Source: Lingula anatina
Taxonomy: Eukaryota; Animalia; Brachiopoda
Length of the DNA: 64,000 nucleotides
Direction: 5' to 3'
Assembly (NCBI GenBank): GCA_051362555.1
Contig: CM120643.1
Coordinates: forward strand, 2,790,001 to 2,854,000
Shown here: positions 1 to 12,582 of the stretch, piece by piece
Layout: each line of letters starts with the position of its first letter
How positions within the stretch are numbered: the stretch's first letter is position 1
Translations under genes and position numbers: made by a program
Notes under the pieces: generated by a model
What the model was told of the DNA's origin: nothing
Databases searched by the model: none
Seen by the model: only the letters and a program-made list of their open reading frames with translations

Positions 1-419
1 GAAAATCGTTTATACATTGTTGGATATGAGGCACAACCAAATTAAAAGGAAACATTATGATTATCATTATAATCTAAACAATTAGTGTTTGTATAATGCC
101 AGTTAACTACATGTGCAAATGACCTTTATCATTCTTCCAAGAATTATTTCTTTCAAAAAACACTGAACGGGTTGTCAAAAATACGCGCACAAGGTGAACC
201 GTTGTTTAAAATCTTATACTTGTACTAGGCTCCACTTGTATTCATTATGAGACCCCAGACTAGGAAAATCGGTTGGTCAAAGCTTAGATGTCTGGCACGC
301 CTACTGAAGCTGTTAGGGGGTAATTAACTATCGTTTAAGATCTTAAAAGTTGGCTTTATCGTGACACCTTTTTCCTTATATCCACATGTACTAAGTATTA
401 TTATTTCCCTTCATGACAG

Positions 420-2060
420 TGTTATGTCGTCATCCCCTGTATTTCACCGGTTACAACTGCCTTCGGAAACAGACCGACTTCAACCCCCAGACATGCTACA
501 TTTCCCCGGCAAACCCGCCTGAGAGCCAGAAACCCACGTGCCAAAATGGCGGCAACAACTTCTGGTACATCCACGTGGGTGGTAAGCGCACAGACTGGGT
601 GCAGGGAACGGACGCCATGTGCTTGTCTATCTCGTCTTTCCCTGCACCGTGGGGTACGAAGGAGTGCCAGTTCAGCTGGACCGAGGAAGGATGCAAGCAG
701 CTGTTGCATTGGGCAGGCTGCATCCCATGGACAAGTAAGAAAATCTAACCAAACTAAAGAACTTTTATGTATTTTTAGTCCACGTGGTTTCAGTATTTTT
801 TAAAACAGTGTTAGGTTGTCACATCAGGCTGTTTCCAAAATTGTAACCTCCACCTCCATTTATTTTGAGATAGGGATTGGTCGGTGCTTACTGTAAACAA
901 GATAAAACATTCGAGATATTTATGGGCCAATTTACAATCATCCATATGTATAAAAGACTTCTGGAATATTAAGATATCTCTTTATTGTTTTATTGGGTGT
1001 AGCCATTGACATCACTAGTGCCTCTATAGTACTTTCCCGACATTAAATCAACTATTTCTCGATATAATAACAGAAATTATTTTCTCTAAGGGACAGTTCA
1101 CATGGAAAGTCTATTTTCTAAAAATCTATTTTCTATTCGCGGTATCTTGTGATCACGGTCTGTGCCCTGAATATCCCGCGGCGTAATTACTGGCAGCGCG
1201 AGCCAGTTACTTCCGTGATCACAAGATACCACGAATAGAAAATAGATTTTTAGAAAATAGACTTTCCATGTGAACAGTCTCTAAGATTTCTTTCTTGTTA
1301 TCACTTCAGGTCCCACGTGCTTCGACTGCAACAGTGCCTGGGACGTGTGTGACCGGCGGGGTGTGACTGACCCTTCTCTTGTCGCCAAGACTCGCTGCCC
1401 TGGCACCGGCGCCTGCTTCACGAGGAGGGACAAAAACGGAAGTAGGTTGTGCATGTGCATAAACTTTTCAATAACCTCTGGAATAAGCTTCAACTCTTTA
1501 TAGATGAAAAACCTGGCATCTGTTTGAATCTCAACGATGGAACGATGGAAAGCATTTTTTTTTTCATTTTTCATTAAATTGTCAAGCATGGGAAACACTA
1601 CATTTTTAAGTACCTAAAAAGCGTTCATATTCTCTTGGGTCACATCAAATTTATGTATAATGTTGAAAAAGAGATCGGTTGTTCAGTTTTGGAAAAACGT
1701 TATTCTCTAAAGACAAATGTGTGAAAATATTGCGAAAAATGTGTCACCCGGGTAGAGGGTAGGTATTCACTGCTTGATAAAAGAATTGCAACAAAACACG
1801 CACTCTGATAAAGGTTTTAGTACACCCTTTTATCTTTTGAACTCTGAATGTATGTTTGTATAAATATATCGTGTTAAACTCACTTTTCAGTGGTATACAG
1901 AGGCTGTGCCGATGGCTGGGACTATCTTGCTGACGTCACAACAGCTATGGGCCCCGGGGATACCACCTGCCTTAATGGCGGCGGCTACGGCAGCTTCGTA
2001 GATCGCTGGTGCCTCTGTAAGGGGGAACTCTGTAACGGCGGGGCGATGCCTGCTGCATGA
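420..2060 (+). CDS. 5'-partial Cys-rich protein: unrecognised 8-Cys domain plus C-terminal LU/three-finger (Ly6/quiver-like) domain; exons 420-734, 1310-1441, 1891-2060
   Basis: All junctions are GT-AG and phase 1, and the exons join in frame (about 205 aa visible). Exons 2-3 give PTCFDCNSAWDVC...TRCPGTGACF...VYRGCADG...TTC...WCLCKGELCNGGAMPAA*, a 10-Cys pattern ending CxC..LCN. The start/signal exon is not in the window. AATAAA at 2434. Confidence 0.85.
1090..1281. mobile_element. Palindromic MITE (PIF/Harbinger-like) in an intron of the LU gene
   Basis: About 70-bp near-perfect inverted arms (GGGACAGTTCACATGGAAAGTC...GACTTTCCATGTGAACAGTCTC), with TAA on both sides. Confidence 0.85.
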
Positions 2061-2147
2061 TAGATAGAGTGCTCCTCTGTTCCTTACTGGTGTCCTTAAT
2101 TTTGACTTGATTGTTTTGTTTATATGTGAGATATTTTATATACAATC

Positions 2148-2373
2148 CACTGACGGATTTAGTGGCGGTCCTGACCCCCCTTCAATTTCTGGGAAAAAAC
2201 AGCAATGCCCCCCCCTCTTGATTAGCTTAATCATACTTCTAAACCGTACCAAATCTCAGCGTTCGCCCTATAAATAACCAAAATTGTAGGGGCCCTTCAA
2301 AAGGCCCCTAACCCCACCCCATGCGTCCGCGGACCCCCCTCCCCCCCCTCAAATAATCCTGGATCCGCCCCTG
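2148..2373. mobile_element. Non-autonomous DNA element, family D (CAGTGGCGGAT...ATCCGCCCCTG), in the LU gene 3' region
   Basis: Terminal inverted repeats and an exact 5-bp TSD (CAATC). Related copies at about 48390, 56783 and 59297. Confidence 0.8.
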
Positions 2374-3658
2374 CAATCATCGTCTTTTAGAAATTAGTCC
2401 TACATGAACTAGGTACATTCGGCCGGTTCGTGAAATAAATGTATCATATTGGCCTAGATCTGAGCCATGTAGAATGTAGACTTACCGCAAGTCTCAAAAT
2501 TTCTGGTATGTAATACTTCAAGTGATATGGATATATATAATTGAATGTTTCATTATTTTCTGCCAATCGTGGCAAATATTAATTTTAAAAACCTATACTA
2601 AGGAAATACAACACGATGTCATTTGCACTGTTTATGGAATAATTTCTTTAAAATATCAGTTTTACTGCTACAAAAGCAGAAATAGATAAATGCTTGTTTG
2701 TTCTTGAACACAATAAACATGATAAGTATTAAATAATTAAAGAAAAATAAAATTCATCGCAGCTTATGTCAGCACACTAGAGATATACATTTATAAGGCT
2801 ATGAAGAATAACGTCCTGCAATAATGAACTTAATCTAAAAACTATAGCAGTGCAAATAATTGATTATAGAGTTTGGTTCCCTCATTTCCCTAAAAAGGCT
2901 CAGAAATGAAAACCAGCTAAAACAAGAATAGAATTAAGACCTTATAAAACATGAAATAAACCCAAATATCACCTATTTTTATACATGCGTGAGCGTTAAT
3001 GCATTGTACAAAAGAAGAAAATCGGTTTCAGCCCAAACCGCATTGACGCAGTTTCACTTCTTCTTTCAACCTTTCAATACGACACCGGAGCCTCCTGAAG
3101 AATACGCCAACAAATGCGTTTATTGTGTCGTTGTAATATGAGATTTTCTGGTAAAAATAGACCGATGTACTTATTTTTAGCGGGCGGATTCATCGGTCTC
3201 ACCTTACTTTTAGCGGACCCTTGTTTGTTTACACTTTGTGCGATGCATTTAACTGTACAATGCCACCTGTTTTTTTGGATCGATAAAAATGCTCGTCTTA
3301 GCGTCTTTTTGTTGTCCTTAATTCAATACTATCGTTGTTTAACGTACTCAAATAAACACCTTCATTTTGAATCTTCTGTATACACTTTATGCTAAACACA
3401 TTTCTTTTAAATGTAGTAAAATATATATTGAAATGCATATTTCACATAAGCTAAATTAGCTGGAATAAAAAACACATGCACGAACACACACTTACACATT
3501 TTTTATTCCAAAACTCAGAATTGCGAGATCTTTAATGTGTTAGTGGGCAATGTCAGAATGTTTTTTTTAACTTAAAAGTTACTATCATAGTTCTTTTATA
3601 GTGCATGTGCAATGAAACTTGGCGTTGCAAAAGTAATTATTATTTTTGGGTCATTCTA

Positions 3659-3708
<50 letters not shown>

Positions 3709-3712
3709 CACA
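3659..3712. repeat. (CT)n(CA)n compound microsatellite
   Basis: Read directly. Confidence 0.95.
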
Positions 3713-3843
3713 TTCATTTCCAAACAAAACGTAAAAATCATCCACAGGAACAACTAACCAGTATGGTAGCTGTCCTATCCATATTGGCGGGAAACAGAGT
3801 CTAGAGATACACCACACTTATTATATATATATAATCCAGAATC

Positions 3844-4007
3844 CAGGGACGGATCCACATTTGTTTTTGTTTTTTTCTGACAGTCTTTCAAATTATCTTT
3901 GTTGATCCATTTTCCATTTTTGACCGTCTTCCCACAGCAAAAATTAGAAATCCGTCAGTGTAAAATTGAAAATCTGACCGTCTTCCGGAAGACCCAGAAG
4001 ACAGCCT
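3844..4007 (+). mobile_element. Family C element (CAGGGGCGGATCC end, GTCTTCC/GGAAGAC internal motifs)
   Basis: Clearly similar to copies at 11180, 17435, 29290 and 45464. Confidence 0.8.
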
Positions 4008-4250
4008 GTATAAGCGTTACAATAACTGTCGTTGGAAACGCTTTACTTAGATTTTACGGTTAAATATTCACCTCTTGAAGTATCAATTGATAACTTAAGT
4101 AGACATGGGCCATGGCAAATGTTTTTTTCTTTCACTCATCAACGGTTATTTCGTGTTTATTATATATATTTTAGATGTAAATTGAGATTTTGAAGACCTT
4201 TACAGAAATATCTACGCTAATAGTTATTCATATTCATGATCAACTGCGGC

Positions 4251-4438
4251 CCAGTGTGACAGGAATGGTAGTCCGCTAGGAACCGTAGTCCGTTCCCTAT
4301 TACTTTGTACAGGTACTATAACCCCAGTACTCCAACTAACCCTAACCTGTACTTATCATAAGGGAGCTCGGACTTCAATTCCTAAGACTTCCATTCCCAG
4401 GACTACCATTCTTAGAACTTCCATTCCTGTTACAATGG
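4251..4438. mobile_element. Family F MITE (CCRGTGTRAC termini) with internal TAACCCTAACC and short subrepeats
   Basis: Inverted ends CCAGTGTGACAGGAATGG...CCATTCCTGTTACAATGG. Confidence 0.65.
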
Positions 4439-5269
4439 CACTATTCTCTTAATCTTAATATGCAGTATCTTTCGATTCCGAGAATTAATTGTCACTCCGA
4501 TCTACATCGTGATTACGAAATACGTTTCTGAGAAATCCCATTCACTGATGTCTGTGAGCTTTTTTACCTTGATAGTTTTGTGACATTTTGCTATTGTTTG
4601 ATTTGATGTTTTGAATGATATGCAATTTCTGAGGCATCACTTTCTGGGGTATCACTTCACCGTGAGACAATAAACGCTATTATTATTGCTAGTTATAGTG
4701 AGCTTTTTTTTAAACCCAATCTGAGCGTGCCTTAAGACATTATGGCAGCGCGTGGGATAATTAGGAGCATAGAAACCACAAAGAAAGTGAGACATTTTTT
4801 CTCCTCATTTGCAAGTTATCTGCTCATTGTGTCTATGGGCAACCTTCTTCATTCCATTAACGAACAGAGCAACATCAGCTCAAAAATGCGTTGCAGACTA
4901 GAATGTGAAATAAATTACTGGAATAGCTACAGGGTATTCGCAATTAGTTTTTGATATCTTAACTTTGAATTAATTTCGTTTTTTGTCGATGGACGTGGGA
5001 AATCTTAACTTAAAAGAAATATCAAGACAATAGGCATAGTGGAGTTTAGTTTTACCATTTATTCTTGCAACTATAAGTTGAAATGTACATGTACCTTAAG
5101 AGATCTAGAGTGATAAAAGTAACTAAAACACAGGAGATGTCCCATTGGTAACTTAGAAACCTCACGATTATCAAGTGCAAAACCCGATCTTCATGTAAAC
5201 TGTAAAAACAGACAGACAAACTCGCTTTTTATGGAGCTGGTCTGTAAGTTCAATATAACCCCTGTTACA

Positions 5270-5428
5270 CCGGTGTAACGTGACAGAGAGTCCTCTACCC
5301 ATTCATTTGTATACAGGCAAGCTCCCCCCCCTTGATTTTAACCCATTTAGACCAGGCTAACCCTAACCATTATAACTTAATGGAGGGCAGACTCTCTGTT
5401 ATAGGGACCTTCAGTTACGTTACACCGG
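5270..5428. mobile_element. Family F MITE (CCGGTGTAAC...GTTACACCGG)
   Basis: 12-bp perfect terminal inverted repeat and internal TAACCCTAACC; termini match the 42635-44394 element. Confidence 0.7.
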
Positions 5429-7701
5429 GCTTGTAAAAGAAAAAAATGGCCCACTCTCACAACTTCTGTATGTAACAGAAAATAAGTTTAAATATTCAAA
5501 GTTCATTCACCCTGATTGAATATGATGTTGACTATCAAATGTTGTCACCCTCCAGCTTTGAAGGCGAAGAGATCGGATAAAAATGATATATAATATTATA
5601 ATATGATATTATGGTATAATGTTCAGTCTTCAGTGTGACAGGGGCTTAAATATCCATTACAAGACGTCAAGACCACAGATTAAAATTATGTAATAAATCG
5701 GACTGGTGGCGTTATGGATAAAAAGGAAAAAAATTCTTAGAGGGTTTCATAAGTAATGTCTTTCAATTCTAGGAGACCAAAAAATGTAAATAAAGTAAAA
5801 GATGATAGACTGTTGCTGTTTTCCCCGAATTTGGATTCTCTGTGATAGTGATTCGGATGCTTTCTAAAATACGATAGGAACATGCAGAGTTCTTTTATCA
5901 GATGGTTTCCCTATGTTTAAATTTGCTTCGCGAGTTAACACCAATAGTGAAATTTAATTCCTTTTATCAATCTTGAACAGGGGAATACAGACCCTGATTC
6001 TGTTCCAGGATCATAACCTAGATCTTACTACCATTGATATCACTGTAATACTCTCTCCATATTATATATACACGTATTTACCGGTATAAGCTAAATAGAA
6101 CGGGCTTAAGCTTTACGGTACACAAACAACTGCAGCCAAGGTGTCTTTAATTTAAAGCTACCTAGTTCGAGATATTTTAGGTTAAACGATACCTATGGAA
6201 AATCTCTTCCCATTATGTGGATATTGCCCGCACCGATAATAATAATGATAATAGTGTATGTAATAATAATAATGAACTTTATTTAAAGAAAGTAAAACAT
6301 GTTAAGTGCACATACTTATCTAACACATGGCCGATAACTGAATACGACTCGTGACATGTATAATATTCAGGTAACTACATGCATGGTGTATATATTTATC
6401 TGTTTTGACATAGACAAGGTATGTTCACATACCGCAGTGACTTTTCTTTGGGTAAATGTTGACAAGCTTTGGCAGAGGATATGGTCAGCATTTACACATT
6501 TACCGATGCCAGCGTGTACTGCGCATTATGGATTCGCTGAGGGAATAGGATGGTGGTGGTCGTGTGTGGGGGGGACGGCAGGGGGTGGCGGTGGGGGGGG
6601 GGGCAAGGTTGGAGTGGGGGTGGCAGGTAGAGGGGGTTTAGGCAAAGGGATGAAAACCAATGGCCACGGTTCGCTCTCGGCAAATTTCAATGAACAGTAA
6701 ATGAAGATGTTGTAACACTGATATATAGGATACAACATTGGGATTAAGTTTTGTCTCGTTAGCGCGGTTATGATATTTTTAAGTTAGAGGGAAGAGAAGG
6801 GAATGCTTTTCCGTGGATCCATCTCTTAAATGACAACTTTAAGAATTACATTTTGTGTACTATCTAGGCGTCAGATATCAAATAACATTGAATCATAGGT
6901 AAGAAACTGGGTTTGTTACAACTTCTTACCTTGCAACCAATTCTACTTTGTATCGGTACACTGTAATTCGTACCCACAGTTAAGTTTAGAAACTGTGCCT
7001 TTTCTATGAATATTAGTTCATAATAGAGTGGAAATGTAACCTTCAGACAATGGCAGTAAAATTAAGTAGATTGGAGTGTTGTCTTTATTTCGTTTCGCTT
7101 GGGACCTTATAAATCACGGCACCGCCCAACAACAAACAAGCATATATAGACCTAATAATGTATTTGGGTTCATAGTAATAGAGCCAAATGCCTATTTTAA
7201 TATACGTTTCCCATTCATCGACACGTATTTTGATGCTATTGTTTGAACGTCGAAAATCCATATGCGTAACTGTACAACGTAGAAACTTGTGAGTCTTTAT
7301 ATTGTGACGCAATTGTATATGCCCTCATATCCGAAGTTAGTTTGAACCTTTTATCCATTATCCGGCCGAGTGATTAAATACGCAGAGAAAAATAATTTGT
7401 TATTTCCTTTAGGCATGCATGAATCGGCGTGTTTTTATTTAATAGAGAAACGAAACCCGCATTGGTAAAAATATGAAACCTTTTCTATGTTTCCGATACA
7501 TTAATGTACGCAGAACTTGTAATTCGATCGTCGAATCTTTATAGATAATTGTAAGCAATCTTATATCGCAGTTTTATGGCGATTTATTTGCAGTGAGGTT
7601 TAGGTCGGACTCACCAAATAAGAAAGGAATGGGTGGAAGCTATTGTCTTTATGCCTGATATACATGTATTATCCCGCTACATCAGACAATGTCTCATCTT
7701 A

Positions 7702-7953
7702 GGGACCATTCCCAGAGACTATCGTACTAACTTTGGATTGAACTATCTCCAAGAGGATTCTCATTTAATTGCAATTAATCTGGGCGGCTAAGATGTCGGT
7801 CACGCCTACTGAAGCTGATAAGGGGCGTAATTAACTATCGTTTAGCGGTTTAGTAGGCGTACCAGACGTCTAAGCCACCTTAGCTAAAAGCAATTTAACG
7901 AGAGACCCCGTAGAGATGGACCGATGCTGTTAGATCGATCTAGGGATGGGTAG
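7702..7953 (+). mobile_element. Family A palindromic MITE (GGGACCATTCCC end; Harbinger-like)
   Basis: Imperfect internal palindrome around CACGCCTACTGAAGCTG/GTAGGCGT. Other copies at about 280 (partial), 9352, 39850 and 53814. Confidence 0.8.
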
Positions 7954-8123
7954 TACATATTGGAAACGTATTGAAACTAATGCACCAGAAGCTGTTCGAT
8001 TTATGATTTCAGATTTGCCAAGTTCAATTAATGGGCAAGGGCAGATGTTTGCAAGAATTGGATTAAATTTTTCCACGTCTGTAATGACGAATTCCACCGC
8101 GCTAGGCAAGGGGACGGACATTG

Positions 8124-8310
8124 CGTGCATTCAGAACAGCGAATTAACTGCTCCGCGGATCAAATATGGCGACCAAAATAACAGCTTGTCTCTGAATTCC
8201 TGATTAGACGCTGAATAGATTCCTCGTGTGGATAACGCAACAAGCATTCAAGTGGGACGTCCATATTTGATCCGGGGATCTGTTAGTACGCCGTTCTGAA
8301 TGCGGTTGAC
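8124..8310 (+). mobile_element. Family B MITE (CAAATATGGCGACC...CCATATTTG core)
   Basis: Similar to copies at 33209, 35424 and 48883. Ends are approximate. Confidence 0.75.
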
Positions 8311-9351
8311 CCATTTCCCCTGACTCTGATTGCTGCATAACTGTTTTGCAATACTCTGTGATACAATATATATACTTGGTCCAAGCATTATTTGACTACA
8401 CTGAATTATCAAGGTTTTGGGGGACATAATGACAACAGTGTACTTTCGTGTCTAAAATTATGTCAGTTCTTCTGTTTTTACATATTTTGGATTTTCTATA
8501 TACATGTATATTTGAAAGTGCCAAAACTTGACCAGGTTACCAAATTGATAATGTATACTGGTTCCATGAGCAGTTAAGACATGAGTTATTATATTCGATT
8601 ACTTGGTGATACTAGTGAAATTAAAAAAAAAAAAGACTTACGAGCAATTGTTCCCAGCATTGGGTCATTTATCAGTTTTAATATTATGGTATTGGCTCGT
8701 AAAAAGACAGGTTCATTTACTGTACCTTTTCATTTTTGGTTAATATACAAATAATCTACCAAATGAAAGACATGCTAGGCTGTTCCACACAAAATCAAGT
8801 CAAGATTGATAAAAAAATAAGAACATCTTTTTGTTTCGGGAAGCATTTCATCCATGGCGATTTTAAATAAGATGCGATGCGACCTTTGGCAAAACACGGC
8901 CGGGTAACGTGAGAGATAGGGCAACGTTCAGTGTTTGTGGCAGACGATTTCCTAGCCTGTTACAACATGTCCCATCAATTCATTGTCAACGATGTGGAAG
9001 AAAAATTGATGATATCAGCCGCGGTATTCAAAGTTTCTGAAATGTCATGTTCATTTAATATATACCAGTACATTCACCCTTGTTATTTTGTAAGTGACCG
9101 CAAGCTGCGGCTCCTTACACGGATCACATCCTGTATGTCTTTCAAATGTCGTTTCATAGGAAGCACAAAAAACCACGCGTTTTCTGTAAACTGTAAACAA
9201 CCATATCGTATAGCCACAGTCACCGACATGTTGTGCTTTCGGTATTGATATTTCGTGTTAATCTTCAAAACATTTTTTCCTGACCTACTTCCAAGGGTCG
9301 TTGAACCAACACGTGGGCTACAAAGATCCACGTTTTAAGATGGTGTAAGAC

Positions 9352-9580
9352 TTGGTCCCCATACCTATATCGATCTAACAGGATCGATCCATCTCCGAGG
9401 GGTTTCTCTCTCAATTGCTTTCATGTCTGGCACGCCTACTGAAGCTGCTAAACGACAACCAATTATTCCCTAGTAGGCGTGACAGACCTCTAAGCCGCTT
9501 AAGTTGATTGCAATTTAGCGATAATCCCCTCGGAGATAGATCGATCCACAGTTACTACGATAGGGTCTGGGAATGGTCCC
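9352..9580 (-). mobile_element. Family A MITE, reverse orientation
   Basis: Ends TGGGAATGGTCCC; reverse complement of the 7702 copy. Confidence 0.8.
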
Positions 9581-9595
9581 AATAAAATAAAAAAA

Positions 9596-10655
9596 TATCA
9601 TTATCATCGTCTTAGTCATCATCAAAGGGTACCATCTACTCTCAGCAGGATTTTCATGAATCGCCATGGCCTCGATCTTGTGCCATTTGTATACTTTGAC
9701 TTTAATTTTGATTGTTTCATTTTATTTTATTGTCCACCTTTATTGTTCTTGGTCTTTCCCCCCAACGTTTTCCATTTAATTTCCCTTCCAATAGCAACCG
9801 CTGCAAAATATCTTTTTCTATGGTACAGTCAAAATAAGTTAATTTTCTTTTCTTGATGGTGTTGAATAATGATCTTTTTATTTTTGGATTATTTCATATT
9901 TCCTCATTATTTTTGTGTTTTGCCCATGCTTTTTTAACTTCCTTCTACACATCCACATTTCAAACGTTTTTCAGTTTTTTCATCGCTGTGTTTTTTTAGT
10001 GTCCATGTCCCTGAGCTGTATAAATGTGTTGACCAGATGAAACATTTAAAATTTTAAAATTAAAATGATATACAGCCTTGGATTGATGCCAATGCTTCTT
10101 GGTTTTAAAAATCAAACTAAGCTTCCAAATACTCATCTTGCAATTTCTATTCATTTTTTTTATTTTTCTGTCCCATTCACCCCCTCCTGTTGTCATGACC
10201 AGGTACTCCATGCTTCTGACTTGCTGAATTGCTTTTTCTTCTACAGTTATGCTGGTATTATCCTCTGGAACTGTTTTTTTTTTCTTTGCTCACTTCCATT
10301 TCTTTTGTCTCTACAATGTTAAATTCCATGCCGCATGGTTTTCATTTGATGCTAGTAACTCACGCAAGTCTTTTCTGTTAGCAAATCTGTATCATCTGCA
10401 TATCGCAGATTATTAATGTTGATTCCTCCTATATACGCACCTTTCATATATTCGATTTCTCTGAACATTTTTTTTCATTATACAGGTTGAATAAATTTGG
10501 TGAGAGCACAACTCTACCGTACCCTTTTCTTCATTTTGAATTCATGCTCTGTTTTTACTGCTGCTGTCTGTTTCCAAGAAAGTTTGACACGATTTATAGG
10601 TCTTTATTATCTATCCCAATGTCAGATAGACCTTTAATCATCTTTGAATGCTTTA
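9596..10655 (-). mobile_element. 5'-truncated, decayed RTE-clade LINE (RT C-terminal half plus 3' tail)
   Basis: Minus-strand frames give VLSPNLFNLYNEK, IGGININNLRYADDT, KCFIWSTHLYSSGTWTL and FEMWMCRR, broken by frameshifts and stops. A (TGA)n-like tail lies near 9600-9625. Confidence 0.9.
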
Positions 10656-11179
10656 CTCACAAAATAAAATAAATAAGATAAAATAAAGTTAAATATAACT
10701 GTACATAGAATATGAACACATTGCATACTTTCAGCCATGTTCTTTCGTTCATGGGTGTTAAAATCCGACACGATCTTTGTTTAATTGTTTTACCACTGAC
10801 TTCTTCGAACATCGTGTCTTTTAAGGATATCACAAGCCCGATGACATTGAAAGTCCATTAACTATAGGCTTGTAAATGTTACCTCTCTTTCTACGCACAT
10901 TTAGTTTCTATATGGATAACCTATTTTTTGTCACGCTAGTAAGCTTAGATTGTGTAAGCTCTTGCTTCCTAACTCCCTCGTGACCAGCTAGCTATCACAA
11001 TGACAATAGAAAAACTTACGTAAAGGAGCAAATAAAGAGGCGGAGGTGTATGGAGTAAAAATAAACACACCCATTCTTCTCTCGCAAATGTCTCATATCT
11101 GACACGCAATATTCGAAAGAATTGAATGATGGTGGCGGTGGTGGTGGTGGTGATAACGGGGAGGGGGGGGAAGGGGGGT

Positions 11180-11347
11180 CAGGGGCAGATCCAGAGATAT
11201 TTTCTTACAGTCTTCCAAATTATCTTTGTTGATCCATCCTCCATTTTTGACCGTCTTCCGATAGAAAAATTTAGATACCCGTCAATGTTAATTTGAAAAT
11301 CTTACCGTCTTCCGGAAGACCCAGAAGACGGCCTCAATTCGCCCCCG
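11180..11347 (+). mobile_element. Family C element
   Basis: CAGGGGCAGATCC...AATTCGCCCCCG; flanks GGGGT/GGGGG. Confidence 0.8.
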
Positions 11348-11589
11348 GGGGGGGGGAGGGTCCACTAGGATATATTCGAGGCGCTGTTTGGTCAAGTGGA
11401 ATTTGAATTGACATTTTGAAGGTGCTACATGTATAAGACACTTCCAGCAGCGCCAGAATACATAAACATGAAAAAACTTAAGAGCGGGCGTTTTGCCTTT
11501 AACATGTAGCTGATTGAACCAGAACGATACCAATGAAGGGTAAAAGGGTCCTGCCGACAGATGGATGAAATAAAAAAATCAAGTCGTTG

Positions 11590-11723
11590 TGAAAGAACCG
11601 CCCTTTTGTCAGGAAAAGGTCCATTCTGAGTAAAGTTTGGTCTAGGTACACCAAAGTTATTGTAAAAGTTCTCATTTACGGAAAAAGACCCCCCCCCCTT
11701 TTGAAATGGCTGGCTACGGGCCT
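11590..11723 (+). mobile_element. Partial family E element (ends GGCTGGCTACGGGCCT)
   Basis: Matches the right half of 53341-53510. Confidence 0.6.
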
Positions 11724-12429
11724 TCAAACTTTTTCAATATTAAGCTCTTGATTGAAGAAATTTCTTCATTCTTAAAACTTAACCAACTGATGAAATTCTT
11801 CTCTGTATATTTGAATATTTGTATGTTCGATGCGAAGCTCTGCCAACGAATTCTTATGGTTGCAGTGCGACGTAATGCAAGCGAGAAAACCAAACTCAAT
11901 AACAAGGCTGACCACAGCTTATATCCAGCTTTATTCAACTTTTAGTGCATAAAACACTGTTTCAACAACCCAATAAAACACGACAAGGTAAACTTTTGAC
12001 GGGGGTCCTTTAAATGTTTGGTTCGTGCTCAAAATGTGGTAATACATCTTAATCCGCGATATCGTGCTCTGTCAATATCTGTCGTTTTTGACAGCAAAAA
12101 GGTTTTGGTTCAATCAGTTTGATCTGACAGCGCCTTGATACTACATTGTTAAACAAGATTATCGTAGACAGGGCATTTTTTCAAGTCAATTTGTACCGGT
12201 CTCTCCTGGGTAATATACACCTCTTTGGACATATTTCATAACTACCTCATCAGTTTAAGATTGATTTTGTGTCTTCCAGTTAAAGGTTACTGCCCATATG
12301 TGCGTGTATGATGTGCGCTCACGCACGTGTGTCTGTGTGCACGCGTTTGTACATATGCGCATGGTTCTACAGGCGTGCTAAATGTGTGCGTGCGAACGCT
12401 TGTGTTACAGCAAACGCATCTGGGCCTGT

Positions 12430-12582
12430 CTGGACCCCGTAACTCGAAAGTATCGCGCATTGCGACCGAACGCAAGCGTCTCGATTCCATAATTCGCCCA
12501 TACTCGCCCCATATAATGCATTGTAGCCTCTATGTGATATCGCTATTCGCCATACGTGATGCTTTCGAGTTACGGGGCCCTG
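12430..12582. mobile_element. Small MITE with about 30-bp TIRs
   Basis: GGACCCCGTAACTCGAAAGTATCGCG...CGTGATGCTTTCGAGTTACGGGGCCC. Confidence 0.7.

Noticed and set aside
6356-6738. Gly-rich and Pro-rich ORFs over a G-rich tract (similar tracts at 16463 and 40859)
   Set aside because: Low-complexity G/C runs that are common throughout this window; G-quadruplex potential alone is not evidence of function.
8931-9331. Overlapping 105-aa and 82-aa ORFs between MITEs
   Set aside because: No recognisable domain or convincing splice sites.
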